Positions 40,026 through 52,648 of a DNA stretch of 64,000 nt are shown in pieces; the stretch's first letter is position 1; each line of letters begins with the position of its first letter. Under the pieces are notes generated by a model. The model saw only the letters and a program-made list of their open reading frames with translations. It was not told where the DNA came from and made no database searches. Both the position numbers and the translations under genes were made by a program. This DNA is from Toensbergia leucococca (taxonomy: Eukaryota), in assembly GCA_022813965.1 (NCBI GenBank), contig JALDZS010000002.1, positions 62,001 through 126,000 of the forward strand, in the 5' to 3' direction.

Positions 40026-41311
40026 ATGGCTTCTCCCCGCCGCAAATCATGTCTCAACTGTGTCAAAGGCAAGCGCAGGTGCGATGCGACCGTCCCTCAG
40101 TGCCAGCGTTGTGCCAGCAGGGGTCTTGTCTGCGAATACCTAGACCCTAGCGGTCCATTACCAAACCTCAGTCCTGAGAATGAAAACTCAAATTTTACCG
40201 TGTTTGCGTCGCTGATGGATGACAATTTCGAGATGATGGATAGCACCAATCTCAACCCTGGAATGGACTTATTACCCTTCATTCCCGAACAGGACCTTGA
40301 TTGGTCCGAATTACAGAACACAGGTGACATGGAAGGATATGTGAACACTGCACCTGGCCCCATGGAATCTGGTGACGACTATGTAACCACATGTGCTATC
40401 TACCAATCTCGCGTCCTCTTTGCGTCTCGACAATTCAAGACCTATCCGGGCATTTTTACAGGCATGGTCAGACTCCTTTCATACATCGGCATTTGTATGA
40501 TGAGAACATCCCCACTGTACTAGACGATGCTCTAAGCTCCTGCGCGTTGTACTGCGGCAGAAACAAAGACAATGAATCCCTCGTCTTCGGCAATGTCAGT
40601 AGAAAAGTGCGGTAGCTAATAGGAGAAATGCGACAACCTTTTCTTTCACCTGTCGATCTTTTGGCTTCCGTACAAGCCCTTCTTCTCTATCAAATAATAA
40701 GGCTTCTCGTCCGCCAGAGAGCCGATGCAGAAGTGGGCGAAGCTGTCCTCATTGCTTGGAATGAGCAGCTCCAGGGCCGGATCCAACTGCAATCATTGAG
40801 CGCAGACCCAGAAAGCTCGTCCGACTCACAAGAGCCTCTGACCATCTCTACATGGCAGGATTGGATCATTTCAGAGAGCGTCAAACGGACAGTTCTCACA
40901 TCTTACATGCTGCAAGGCGTCTACTCTTTCCTGAAGCTTGGCTACGACAAAGTATCTGGCAAGGTAAATTAGCTGTCTTTTACCGCCCAATCTGCACTTT
41001 GGAGCGCACCTTCTGAATTTCATTGTCGTGAAGCCTTGAAGAACAAAAATCACCTTGAAGTGACTATCGGTCAGTGGGATGATGTTATGGATGCAGCACA
41101 ACCTGCTGATTTCGAGGAGCTTGGTGTCATGATTCTAGCCTCGTACAAAGGGATGGATATCACGTCCGAGAGGCTTGGGAAAGAGCATCTCGCGCGATAT
41201 GGATTGGAATGGGGATCATCTGACGCGAACGATTCATGGATTCATTTTCAAAGTCTCACTTTAGAGCATGAGTATATAGGACAGCAGGATGCCCTCCTCC
41301 AACCTCGATAG
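40026..41311 (+). pseudogene. Disrupted Zn(II)2Cys6 transcription factor
   Basis: CLNCVKGKRRCD...CQRC...C is intact. It is followed by a frameshift in the T-run near 40455 and in-frame TAG stops at 40613 and 40970, with protein-like sequence continuing through them. Confidence 0.75.
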
Positions 41312-41432
41312 CCTATTTACGCCTTGTCATCTCGAAGCGGCAACACTCCGCCAGTTTTATGTCTTCCGCATAAATTGAATCGATTTCACGAGGGCGATAT
41401 CAGGGAGATACGTAGGGATTCCATTCCGCCGG

Positions 41433-42357
41433 CTAAGCAGGCCAACCACTGAGTCTCATGGTCAAGAGATCCCTTTCCACTATCTCCTGCGATTTGGCCT
41501 CCAATTCATTGACATCCCAATTCGCCCATACCATTCTGCCTTTGAGGAAGTCTGACTCCCCACTCGCTAGCCAGACACAGAATGATGCAGGTAGATCTAA
41601 TATTGAATCATTCGCGTCAGCTTTCCGGTCTAGTATAGCAAAATGGTCTGATACATTGCTTACCAATAGTATCCTCCGTCATTAAATTCTCGGACTTCTT
41701 CGCCATATCCGTAGGAATCGTTCCCGGATGCAAATTAAATACTCTCAAGCCCGCCTCTTCATGCTGCAAGTACTCCATGAACCTCGCGGACGCCATCTTA
41801 GCGGTACTGTATCCGGAGTATCCTGGGATGTGCGGCGCGTGTGCTGCGCCAGAAACGACGTTGACGATCGTAGCATTGGGAGCCGCGACTTTCAAGAAGG
41901 CTCGGGTGGTGACAATAGGACCTTTGACGTTGACTTCGAAGCCATGCCAGTAGTCTTCCAAGGAAGACTTGGCGATCGAGACATTTGCCTCAAGGTAGCC
42001 GGCGTTGTTGATCAGGATGTCGACTTTGCCGTAAATGCGAGCTGTATCCGAGAAAGCTGCTTCCATGGCTGAGAGATCGGTCGTGTCTGCGGTGAAGTAA
42101 TCGATTGCGCATTTTCCGGTGCGTGAGAGCTCAGTCTTGGTTTCTTTCAGAGATGCCTCAGTACGGCCAGTGATTACGACGGCTTTGGCGCCTGCTTCGA
42201 CGAATGCGGTTGCAATTTCTTTGCCAATGCCCTTGCCGCCACTGGTGATGAACACAACTTTGCCAGCCGCAGAGAGGGAAGGGTTGTTTGGGGCAATTGC
42301 AGGGTAGGAAGAGTGGTGGAAGGTTTTGGTGAACGTGGGGAATTGTGTGTTGGACAT
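41433..42357 (-). CDS. Short-chain dehydrogenase/reductase
   Basis: TSGGKGIG, NNAG, YSTAK and HPG motifs. An intron at about 41664-41600 joins the FLKGRMVWANWDVNEL exon. Confidence 0.92.
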
Positions 42358-42578
42358 TGTCGTCCCAATTTCTTGATACCTATTCTTGTTTGTTTGGGGG
42401 ACCTGCAGTATGCAGGCTGAGGCTTGTTCATTACCTATAAGAGGTGCTCGGAGCTGGGCGGAACTGAGAATAGGCGGGATGCAAACCCTGCTACGGCGGC
42501 GGAACTCCGCACTGACTAGGTAGACACGTAGAATAACAGAACCTTACCTTGGAATCGCTCTGATACTATTACTAAGGC

Positions 42579-42744
42579 CGTTCGGCCGAAAAGTCTAGCT
42601 TCTGGGCAGTCTGATCCGACCAGAATGACCAATCAGATCGTCCACATCCTCACTTAGCTGCCAGAGGATTGAGAATATGGATGGTCTGATTGGTGGACCA
42701 CGGATCGGTCAGATTGCCAAGAAGTCAGACTTTTCGGCCGCACG
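42579..42744. mobile_element. MITE-like fold-back element (imperfect inverted repeat, arms about 70 bp)
   Basis: The left arm cgttcggccgaaaagtct...accaatcagatcgtccacatcctca matches the reverse complement of tgagaatatggatggtctgattggt...agacttttcggccgcacg. Confidence 0.6.
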
Positions 42745-44269
42745 AGTAGTGCCCAAGATCAGGTAGGTAGGTATCAGACTCTAACATTTTTTTGCGTAAT
42801 ATAGTGAGAATTAGCTTGACGGATTGATTGTGACATGCAAAGTAGCCGGAAAAAGCACATTTGAATGCTTATTTTGGCCTTGAATTGACATCAGGTCGCA
42901 AATCCTCCATATAATCTTCCTCCCAGCCATCAAACAGCTCACCTCCTCCAACCTACGTCTGGTCTGAATTTTGGATCGCTTACCCTGGCATCTGCGCACA
43001 GCATTTGGAGACTGGAAGAATATATGGCTGCTATCGGCAAAGCAAGCATTCGATGCTCATGGCTGGATCTGGTCCTAGCCATTGCTAAACAGCTATGGGC
43101 ATCATGACCTCGATTACACATGACGCGGCCTTGTAGACGTGATCGAACTTGATATTGCCTTTGTTGATACGAGATGGCAAGTTGGAGGTAAATTATGTAA
43201 CCCATTTAGCGTCAGTGTGATAATGACTTCTAGCTCTTCTCTGCCTCTAAACTTGGCTGGACCGGGAAGGGGAGCGACGACAAGTGCTTGACTGACCGTG
43301 CTTTGTAGGAAAAGCCGAAGAGTTTGGTCTGTCCATCACTGGTAGGCGAACCGGCGGCCTTCCTCTTACTCTCTAACGTTTGTCAGCTATTCTTCCGTAC
43401 AAGATCGCCGCTATAAAAAGACATTCAACATCTTCGTTGGACTTCATTGGGCGGTGAGCGAAGGAAGTTGTACCAAGCCCTGGAGTCTTTTGCTCTGAGC
43501 GACCAGCGGCAAGGAGGTCTGTGTTGGTGCTGTGGCCGGCAGTCGCTGCGAAGCAACATTTCAACATGACCAATTGATCGCTCTTATCTAGCTTGATCAC
43601 GTCCTCAATGTTCGATCATGAGATTCTTGGGAGCTGTGCTTATGTAAACTAAATATTGTCAGTCAATGTGAGTGCATGAGACCGCTACATAACTTTGTGG
43701 CGACTCTATCTTCGGTGTAGCAGGCTATTTTGAGCCTGTTATCGGAAACAGTCTTACTCAGCCAGGTGCTGAACTTGGGCATAAAAGCTCGAGGACAAGA
43801 TTTTCATTTAAATTGAGAGAGTCAGTAGAATACCTTACCAAGCTTTGTCATATTACCGAACCTGTGAGTCCGCAATTTAGAGATTCTAGAAGGATTTATG
43901 GTGTTTGATGACAACCCGTTTCATATTCATTTTGACGAAAATTGTCAACATTCGTCGCGTTTGTGACTTTTTGGCCTCCATCGTTTGGTCCCTCCCAAAA
44001 TGGGTTTTTGGTCTCTTCTTTTTTGATCGTTCTTGAGCTACACGGAATAACAAGTTGCAGACAATGGTTTTGATCTTGGCATAATTCTCTCGGTAGTGGT
44101 TGTTTTCCTCTATGCGTCCGAGACTCTATGGACTGGTTTGCAGGGACAAGGACGAATCAATGCAACCTATAGTTATATGAAATGCTTAGCTTTCACCTTA
44201 ACTTCCAAATTGGTTGAGCAAATAATGCAATAACGCTTGCTAGCATTGGGGCCTTTAAATTGCAGTAAG

Positions 44270-44750
44270 TGGTTGACTTCTGCTGAGTGTTCCATAATTT
44301 CCAGGTGAACATCAACGATGGCTTGCTCTAATCGAGCAGTCTCGTCGAAAATTTGATCCAGATAATGGACCTCGATGAAAGCATACCAAACGAGAGTACA
44401 CGCAAAAGTCTCGGATGCTTTTGAAATACTCTGCAGTCTTTCAACAATGTTTTACGTTATCTTCAATCCGAGCGAGATGATTGTCCAGGCACTGGCAGCA
44501 TGACCGGTTGAGCCGCAAGCCACAGTAGGGTCAATTATACCTCTAAGCATCAGCACCGAGGACAGAATGTTTGTTGCGCCATTGCGAAGCACATGGCGGC
44601 CCCCTGGCGACTCATGTGCTTGGATTTCTGTTCTGTAAGATCTTGTGATTCTTGGACTTAATTGAGATTGCCTACGTTGGCTGACGATCCAAGCCGCTTC
44701 TTTTCATCCTCGCTCAGCCTCGCGTAGGCTTCATCCTAAAGAACTGTCTT
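44270..44750 (-). pseudogene. Relic of a fungal NLR N-terminal helical domain (NACHT_N/NWD-type)
   Basis: Manual translation gives L*DEAYARLSEDEKKRL...ILSSVL...TGHAASAWTIISLGLKIT*N...YAFIEVHY...LEQAIVDVHLEIMEHSAEV, with stops and a frameshift. Confidence 0.65.
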
Positions 44751-45751
44751 ACTTATCATGGAGGTCGAAGGTGATTTCTTCGCAACACTGAATCATCCAC
44801 CTTTTTTTCGAGATGGTGATTGACAATGCGGTGACTCTTTGAAAGCAATTTTGTTGATATTGCCGCTCTCAATCGGAGACAACTGAGGCCGCGGGTTTAC
44901 TGTATCGTCAACACGTCCACCGCCCTATGAGGCTTAAGATACTTGGTAGGTTTCATCACTATCTACTGGTCCGAAAGTTGCTCGCTGTTCACCTTTTCGA
45001 ACGAGCCAAACGGTGAAATTGTGATAACCTGGGTAAAGCTCAAATTGCTCTTAAAAACAAGGCTGCAATACGGGGAGCAGAGCTCATTGACTGGACGTGC
45101 TCCATGTAGGTGGAAAGTAGAATATGGTGTGTAGCGCTTCGAAAAGCAGAATTCACTCTTCGACTCTTCGACTCTTCGTCGCTCCAACAGAACATCGCTT
45201 CGTTACGATGCTTCCAGCCTCACCGTCTATGATGAGAACGAACACGATTTTTGTGATCATGAGCTCATCACATAGAATATTTTATGGATCGAGGACTAGG
45301 CAATGTCACATCTATTTGCGAGGCTGCGATTTTGGTCCATTAGACAAGAGTGATAGGTTTGGCAGCCGGATCTCGGTCGAGGAGTTATCTAGCCAGGTTT
45401 CAGCCACTGTTCTATGCCTATTCAGGCAGCTCGTATACTCAGTAGGGATAGCTAGCTTGATGAATACTCTACTCGTAGTCAGAACTCAGAAGCCTCTTTG
45501 TTTGAAGGTCTCTTCAAGAACACAGAGATGGTTCGCGTTTAATTTTCCGATTCGGCCACTCGCCTTGAATCATCGTCATCACTGCTACAAATAATTAGGG
45601 ACCGCATCTCCGATACAATTCCCCAGAGCTTCTACATGAATCAAGGGCACATTCACCTCACAACATCTCTCTCACGGTGGCGAACTTCTTCTGGGCCGAG
45701 CCAGTAGTAGGATCTGGGGAGCAGCCGGCGCAGAAGAGCATTACGAGGATC

Positions 45752-46398
45752 ATGTCACAACCTTCGAGTCTCCCAGGCCTAACATCACAATTCTGCTTCA
45801 ATGAAACAGCTCTACGGGGTGGGCACTTCCAGTGCTTTGCATTGTGTCAAGTTGTAGCTAATGGCCGTCTTCAAGGGTAGACTTCCTCCGAATATCAAGA
45901 GGGACAATCGATGATTCGATAGTGCAGAACCTCAATGCCTTGATGACGCCTTCAAGAGCTGGCTTTGATCCAGGGTCGACTTCAGAGCGACAAATACAAC
46001 CTGCAAGGAAACGGCCTATTGATCAGCAGTCATGTCAGGCATTTAAAAACAATGTCTTATTCCAATCTTGGCAAACACGATCCGACGTGCTGACTTACTG
46101 TGCTGGAGTCTCCACCAGTGAAGATCCCGACGACCCTGATCTGGTACTACGCCAGGTTGAATCCGCCAAAGACAGAGAGAGGATCATAAATGAAAGACTT
46201 GATCCATACAGTGCACGGTTTTTTCCTCGAGAAGCACGAACGGAGTCGCTTGCTAATCTGGTGAGGAACGAAAGGGGCGTGGAAAGTATCATAAGATCTA
46301 GAACGTGGAGACTAGTGACCGAGAGGTGTGGAGATGTTGGAATAGGCTGGCAGGAAGCTCTGAATAAATGGCACTCGGCTCAAGAGAATGCTCGATAA
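45752..46398 (+). CDS. MIX23: MIX23 / caffeine-induced death protein 2 (Cid2) family
   Basis: LTSQFCFNETALR|DFLRISRGTIDDSIVQNLN...W.TRSDVLTYC...RLDPYS...ERGVESIIRSRTW. Confidence 0.85.
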
Positions 46399-47216
46399 TC
46401 AGTGAGGAATTGCATCGACTTCCTCCAGAGAACAGGTCAAGCATTTTTATATAGCATCAGCGCTAGGCGTCTTATATGTTGTTCGTCTGAGCGGAATGGA
46501 ATAATCTGTTGGCAGCGAGACCTGGATGGCTCGAATAATGTAGAATGGACTGCCTCATTATGGTATTAGCTACTATCATGCCTTAGTCGTTATCGGCATA
46601 CTCTACTCCTGTGAAGTTGGAAATTTGTGGAAGGCGAGACTGCTGGTCAGAACGGCCGGCAGCTGCAGCTATTCTCATCTTAATCACGAGAAATCTGAAA
46701 TATTAATAGATTGACTCTGGCTTTTTGAACCATTCGTAGCATCTTGAATGAAGCCCTAATATGCTCGCTTCCCCAATTGACTTTTGTAGAGAGGAATCCT
46801 CGAACCTGTAAATATTTTCGGTCAGAGAAAACTCGATTACTCACATACCCTCCACCACGTCTGATGACTTAGATCCAAGGGGTTGGATCTATATCCTCCT
46901 GTGACGCATTTCAAGAACGAGTATAAAATAGTTCTCTAGATCCTGCTCTGGCATCTAACTTCGGCTTTTCAGCAGCAAGTCAACACACTCAAAGCTGACC
47001 TGCTCGTCTCCAACGTCTAAGGTAATCTTAGCAGACGACATATACCACGCGCATTTCGATGTGGTTCTTTTGAGACATGTCGACATAATATCATCACCCC
47101 ATTGGAGCCGAAGCTGGGAATTCTTGGGCTTTACTATTCCGCCCGGTTTATCTCAGGACAGTCCAGCTCTTTACACGAGACCACTGGCCTTTCACACTTG
47201 GTTCAGGTGATCTACT

Positions 47217-49847
47217 ATGCGCCCACCATTGAGCTCAAAGGAGCGCTCGCTCTTTGGACAAGTGGTCAAGAATTACGAGAGCAAGCAATATAAAAAAGGT
47301 AGCATTCTATTTCGAGCTTGAGTGAGCGTAGCTAACAAGTCTCAAAGGTCTGAAGGCTGCAGACCAGATCCTTCGTAAAGTCCCTGACCATGGCGACACC
47401 CAGGCAATGAAGGCTCTCATCATCAACTCTCAAGGCAATTCGGAAGAAGCATTCGCCTTGGCTAAACTTGCCCTCAAAAATGACATGAGATCGCACGTTT
47501 GTTGGCATGTCTATGGTCTACTGTATCGGTCAGCCAAAAATTTCGAAGAGGCTATAAAGGCCTACAAATTTGCATTGAAATTAGAACCTGAATCGCAACA
47601 GATACAGCGCGATCTAGCTCTACTGCAAATGCAAATGCGAGATTATCAAGGCTATATACAAAGTCGAAGAGCAATATTGCAAGGTAGGTCATCGTTACGG
47701 CAGAATTGGACAGCTTTGGCAATAGCACATCATGTAGCTGGTAACTTGGTCGACGCTGAAAGGACTCTTACAACTTACGAGGAAACTTTGAATTCCCCGC
47801 CTCCGAGATCTGACACGGAGCACTCGGAGGCTGTCTTATATAAGAACACGATCATTGCAGAAATGGGAGACACAGAGCGAGCTTTAGACCATCTGGATGC
47901 CGTGTCGAAAAACAATCTCGATCGAACCGCGGTCATGGAGATGCGTGCCCAGTATCTACTTGATTTGGGTAGGAAAGAAGAGGCAGAGAAGGCTTACAGG
48001 GCATTGTTGGTGCGAAATGCAGAGTATCGATTATATTATGACGGGCTTGAGGCAGCATTAGGTTTGAAAAAGACAGATATCCGGCCGTTGCAAAGCCTAT
48101 ACGAGGACTATGCACAGAAGAACCCAAGAGGAGATGCTGCAAGGCGAATACCTCTGGACTTTCTTGACGGGGATGACTTTGGAGTAGCAGCTGATCAGTA
48201 TTTACAACGGATGCTGCACAAATCGGTTCCCTCAACCTTTGCAAACATAAAGGCGCTGTATTCTGACACGAAAAAGCGAGACACCATACAAGAATTGGTA
48301 GAAGGTTACGTGAACGGTGCACACAACGTACAGTCTAACGGATCAGCTGAAAAGCAAGTGAATGGCGACGTTCCTCCGTTTGAAGCTTCGGTGTATTATT
48401 TTCTTGCCCAGCATTACGATTTCCATCTCAGCCGCGATCTTACGAAAGCGACGAAATATATCGACAAGGCAATAAGTTCGACGCCAGGTTCGGTGGATTT
48501 TCATATGACAAAAGCCAGAATATGGAAACATTACGGTGACTCTCAGAAGGCCTCAGAGACTATGGAGAAGGCAAGGTCGTTGGATGAAAGAGATCGATAC
48601 ATCAATTCCAAAGCCGCCAAGTATCAATTACGAAACAGTGAGAATGAAGCTGCACTTGAGAACATGAGTAAATTCACAAGGAACGAGGCCTCAGGAGGGC
48701 CTCTTGGAGATCTTCATGACATGCAATGTGTGTGGTACATCACCGAGGACGGAGAAGCCTACCTACGTCAGGGCAACCTTGGGCTGGCGCTCAAGCGATT
48801 CACAGCAGTGTATAACATTTTTGAAGTATGGCAAGAAGACCAATTTGATTTCCATAGCTTTTCGTTACGGAAAGGACAGATACGAGCTTATGTAGACATG
48901 ATTCGATGGGAGGATCGTCTTCGAGAGGATCCCTACTTTTCTCGTGCAGCAATCTCCGCCGCCAGTATCTACGTTTTACTGCATGACAGCCCTGAATTTG
49001 CACATGGAGGTCTCGCCAACGGAGTCAACGGGAATTCCAAGAACCGGGACACGGCCGAGCAGAAGAAAGCCAAGAAGAAAGCGAAGAAGGACCAGCTGAA
49101 GCAAGAGCAGATTGAAGCGGAGAAGAAGGATTCGAAGAAGACTGCCAGCGTGAGCGCAGACGGCGAACCCAAGAAGGAGGACAAGGACCCTTTGGGCGCT
49201 GAGCTGATAAAAACGAGCGAACCCTTGAAAGAAGCCATGAAATTCGTAACGCCTTTACTAGAGTTTAGCCCGAAGAACATCAAGGCTCAAGCCGTAGGCT
49301 TCGAAATCTTCATTCGACGAAGTAAGTGCATACCTTTCCGCTCTGCCAACCTTCGAAGCACTAACATCCTTGCTCAGAAAAATACCTCCTCGCCCTCCGC
49401 AGCATCCTCGCCGCCCACAAAATCGATCCTTCAAGTCCGTCTGCGCACGAACAACTCCTACGCTTCTGCCACACGCTGGATTCCATACAAGAGCCCCTCA
49501 TCCCCAAAGTCGCTGAAGTTATCTCCACTGAGCTCTCCGCTATCCTCCCCAAAGACACCGATCTATTAGACTTGAACGCCTCCTTCCTCTCAACCCACAG
49601 TACCAGCCCTCTGCACATCCAAGCCGGTCTCCGCACCCGCCAGTTCCTCGACCCCAAATCTCTGAATCAAAACACCAGAGATCTTCTCCAAACCCTCGAC
49701 CTCCAATCAAATTCCGTCGATCACGCCATCGCTGGGCTCGAGCTCCTGAAAGAGTGGAAGGCGGAACCATCACTGAAAGAAGAGTACATCGCCCTCGCGC
49801 GAAAGCGTTGGCCAGAAGCCACCGCGTTTAAAGAGCCAAGTAATTGA
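47217..49847 (+). CDS. NAT1: NatA N-terminal acetyltransferase auxiliary subunit (TPR)
   Basis: YESKQYKK|GLKAAD, SHVCWHVYGLLYR, DRYINSKAAKY and EDQFDFHSFSLRKG. Introns near 47299 and 49322. Confidence 0.95.
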
Positions 49848-50290
49848 CTCTTGCATCTCCCTCTCCAAACGTTACCCCGGCGTTATGAGTGCAGGAGAAA
49901 GAAATGGGGATTTGGCGTTGGTGCGCTGGGCAGGCATATCGAAAGCTTTTTTAAAGTCAGAGAATCGGAGGTCTTGGGTCGGGAGGCATGGCGTGGAGGG
50001 GGGAGGGGGAAAAAAAGAAAGGGGTGGGAAGAGTGGTTAGTGTAGATGGTAGTGGGGTAGTGGGATGTAGTGGGTAATGCGGTGGGTGATAGACAAGGAA
50101 AGGGAGGGCAGCATGCTTGGTGTAGATGGCCGTAAAAGGGTTGTAAGTACGACGGCGGAAATCGAAAAATAATTATAGTTTACATACTCCGCGCTTAAAT
50201 CTCACCCTCGTGCAATGCTTACGAACTGCTCTTGTCCAGAGCAGAGTTATTCCATCTCCTGACCCAGATGGCGGGAGACACTCTACAACC

Positions 50291-51775
50291 TCAGTCTCCC
50301 TCCTCCCCTACCATGCCCATCTCCCACCCCTTCTTCTCCCTCTCCTCCCCCCCAAGCCCAACCCATCCCTTAACCTCTCCCCACCCACCCCTTTCCCTTT
50401 CTATCCGCCCACCATCCGCACTCGCCCTCTCCTCATCCTCTGTCCCCATCTCAAACAGGCTCATCCGCTCCCCAATCCTCTCATCAACCACCACACCCTC
50501 CTTCCAGACCCTCTCTACCCCCTCCACCCCCTCCTTCCAAGCACTCTTATGCCACTCCCCTTCCTCCTTCACGAGTGCTCGCTGCTGCTCCCACTCCGCT
50601 TCGCCCTCCTTGCCTCTTAGCGTCTCGCCGTCTGGCGCCGCGGCGGGCGAGTCGGGATTGGCGGGGAAGGATTCGTGGTGCGTGTAGGGGCGCGTGTGGG
50701 TTGCTAGGACAAGGGCTGCAACGGAGCGGCCCGTGCTGTCGGCTATGTGGCGGCGGGTGAGGAAGCGATAGGTGCGGGTCGGAGTATTGAGAATTCCCAG
50801 GAGGTGGGGGAAGGGGAGTGGGAGGGAGGGGGGGAGAGTTGGGGGGAGGGAAGGGGGGGAGAGGGATGAGGAGTAGGAGGGAGGGTAGAGGTAGGGGGGT
50901 GTAGGCGTTGTTGGCTTGGAAGGTTTGGGGGGTTCGGCTGGGGGGGTGGGTTGGTCTGGTTGGGAGACGGAGTCAGAGGGAGTATCGGTGTCTTCGAGGG
51001 GAGTGGAGTCTGATGGTCTTGAGATCGGTACTTGGCTTCCTGCAGATGCTAAGATAGGTGGTGGGCTTTCTGGTAGAGGAGGTGGGTCTACGGGTCCGAG
51101 CCAGCCTTCGTGCAGGCCACGGATGTATTCCTTCCAGGTATGCCTGCCAATGACAAGATCGCCTTGGACGCCTTCCCATAGCCTGATTCCCGTTCTCTGG
51201 CGCAACTCGGCAACCATGTTCTCCTTTTCCTCGGCTGCGGGCTCGAGCTGTGACACTTCGCCTTTGCTTTTTCGTAGCTTCCGAATCTTCTCCGCCAAAC
51301 CAGCTCGCACGTCGCCTTCCCGCCGTCCCTCAACGACTTCCCAGTCCAAAGCTGCGGCTACAAGTATTGGTTTGACGTATTCTTGGAAGAACTCGCGCGA
51401 GGGCCGGAGGCCGTCTCCGGGGGGTGCGGAGAGGAAGATTGTTATTTTGCGGGGCATTTGGGATACGGGGAGAGAGTCTTTGGCGATGTGAGAGACGAGG
51501 TTGCACCATTTCTGTTGGGCTTTTTTCTTGTGGTAGCGGTCGTAGAGGAGCGTGGTTGTGAAGGAGGTGGTTATGGTAAGGAAAATAAGCCAATTGCGCG
51601 AGGGGAGCTTGGGGCTGATTCGAGGAAGGCCTAGGGGGTGTAAGTTTGGGTTATCTCGGTGCTGGGGATGGGGGAGCTAACCCATCATTCGGAAAACGGG
51701 ATTTTGGGGGGGTTTGGGAGGTGGAAGTGGTGGAGTGGGTTTGGCATGGCTGAGAGGTTTGGCATCGATGGTCAT
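50291..51775 (-). CDS. TIM54: Mitochondrial inner membrane translocase subunit Tim54
   Basis: NPVFRMMG|LP...LPSRNWLIF, PRKITIFLSAPPGDGL, YVKPILVAAALD and GRHTWKEYIRGLHEGWLGP. Confidence 0.92.
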
Positions 51776-52648
51776 GACTTCAGGTTTTGAATGTTGAGGT
51801 ACTGCTTGGCATAATATGTGCAGGTAAAAAACGAGAGAGATTCAGGAGGGTGAAAGCGTGAGGAGATTCTGGCAAATTGAAAGACTGTTGGACTGTCTTA
51901 CTGTCTTCAATTTCTCGAATGGAAAAGAAAAACAGCTCCAGCTTGAATGTCTCGCTTCGTGATTGGCTGGTTTCCAACACCCCTGCCACAAATTTCCTAT
52001 TTCCTATTTCCTTTTTACTTTTTGATAGCAGAGTACTCGGTACGGATACTGTGGATCCTGACACGAGAGATATATATGTAGAGATAATGCTCCTGTAATG
52101 ATCCAACGCCCAAGCCGTCGAGGCAGAGGCTATATGTCATCATGCATGGCCCGTTTAGGCTTAGCTTCAGGGACACATTCTAGATTTTGTTTGCTGGAGG
52201 CCTGGGGGAAATCTTTCTCACTCTTTCCGTCTTGATGAAAAAGGTCTGGGCCATCTCCGTGACGGCAACGCATTACATCGACTTCTCATTCTCTCCTTGT
52301 AGTGGAATGACACGTCCGTAGGCTTCGCGACGCCCTTGTGACGCCTAAAACCCCTTTCACCTCAACCCTCGACCGCGCGTGCTCAGACCGCATTTCTGTT
52401 TCGTCCACTTATTTCTCGACCACCAACACTCTTTCGTGCACCACCACTCTTCTTCTTTGCCCACCATCCGTGCCACAGGATTCTTTTAGTGCTGCTGAGT
52501 CTCGACAGGAAGGAAACTTGTATTCTTCACTTGCCCACTTGCCAAAATACCCGTCTCCATGAGTCTTCATCGCTTGTTCAACCCCTGAAGACAAATCCGG
52601 AGAGAATCAATACCCATTTTCTGAGTTGTGCGTACCACCACCATCAGA

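Noticed and set aside
40613..40972. TAG stops rescued by A-to-I editing (UAG to UGG)
   Set aside because: The gene also has a frameshift and an apparent deletion, and the stops do not sit at obvious Trp positions. Ordinary pseudogenisation is the simpler explanation.
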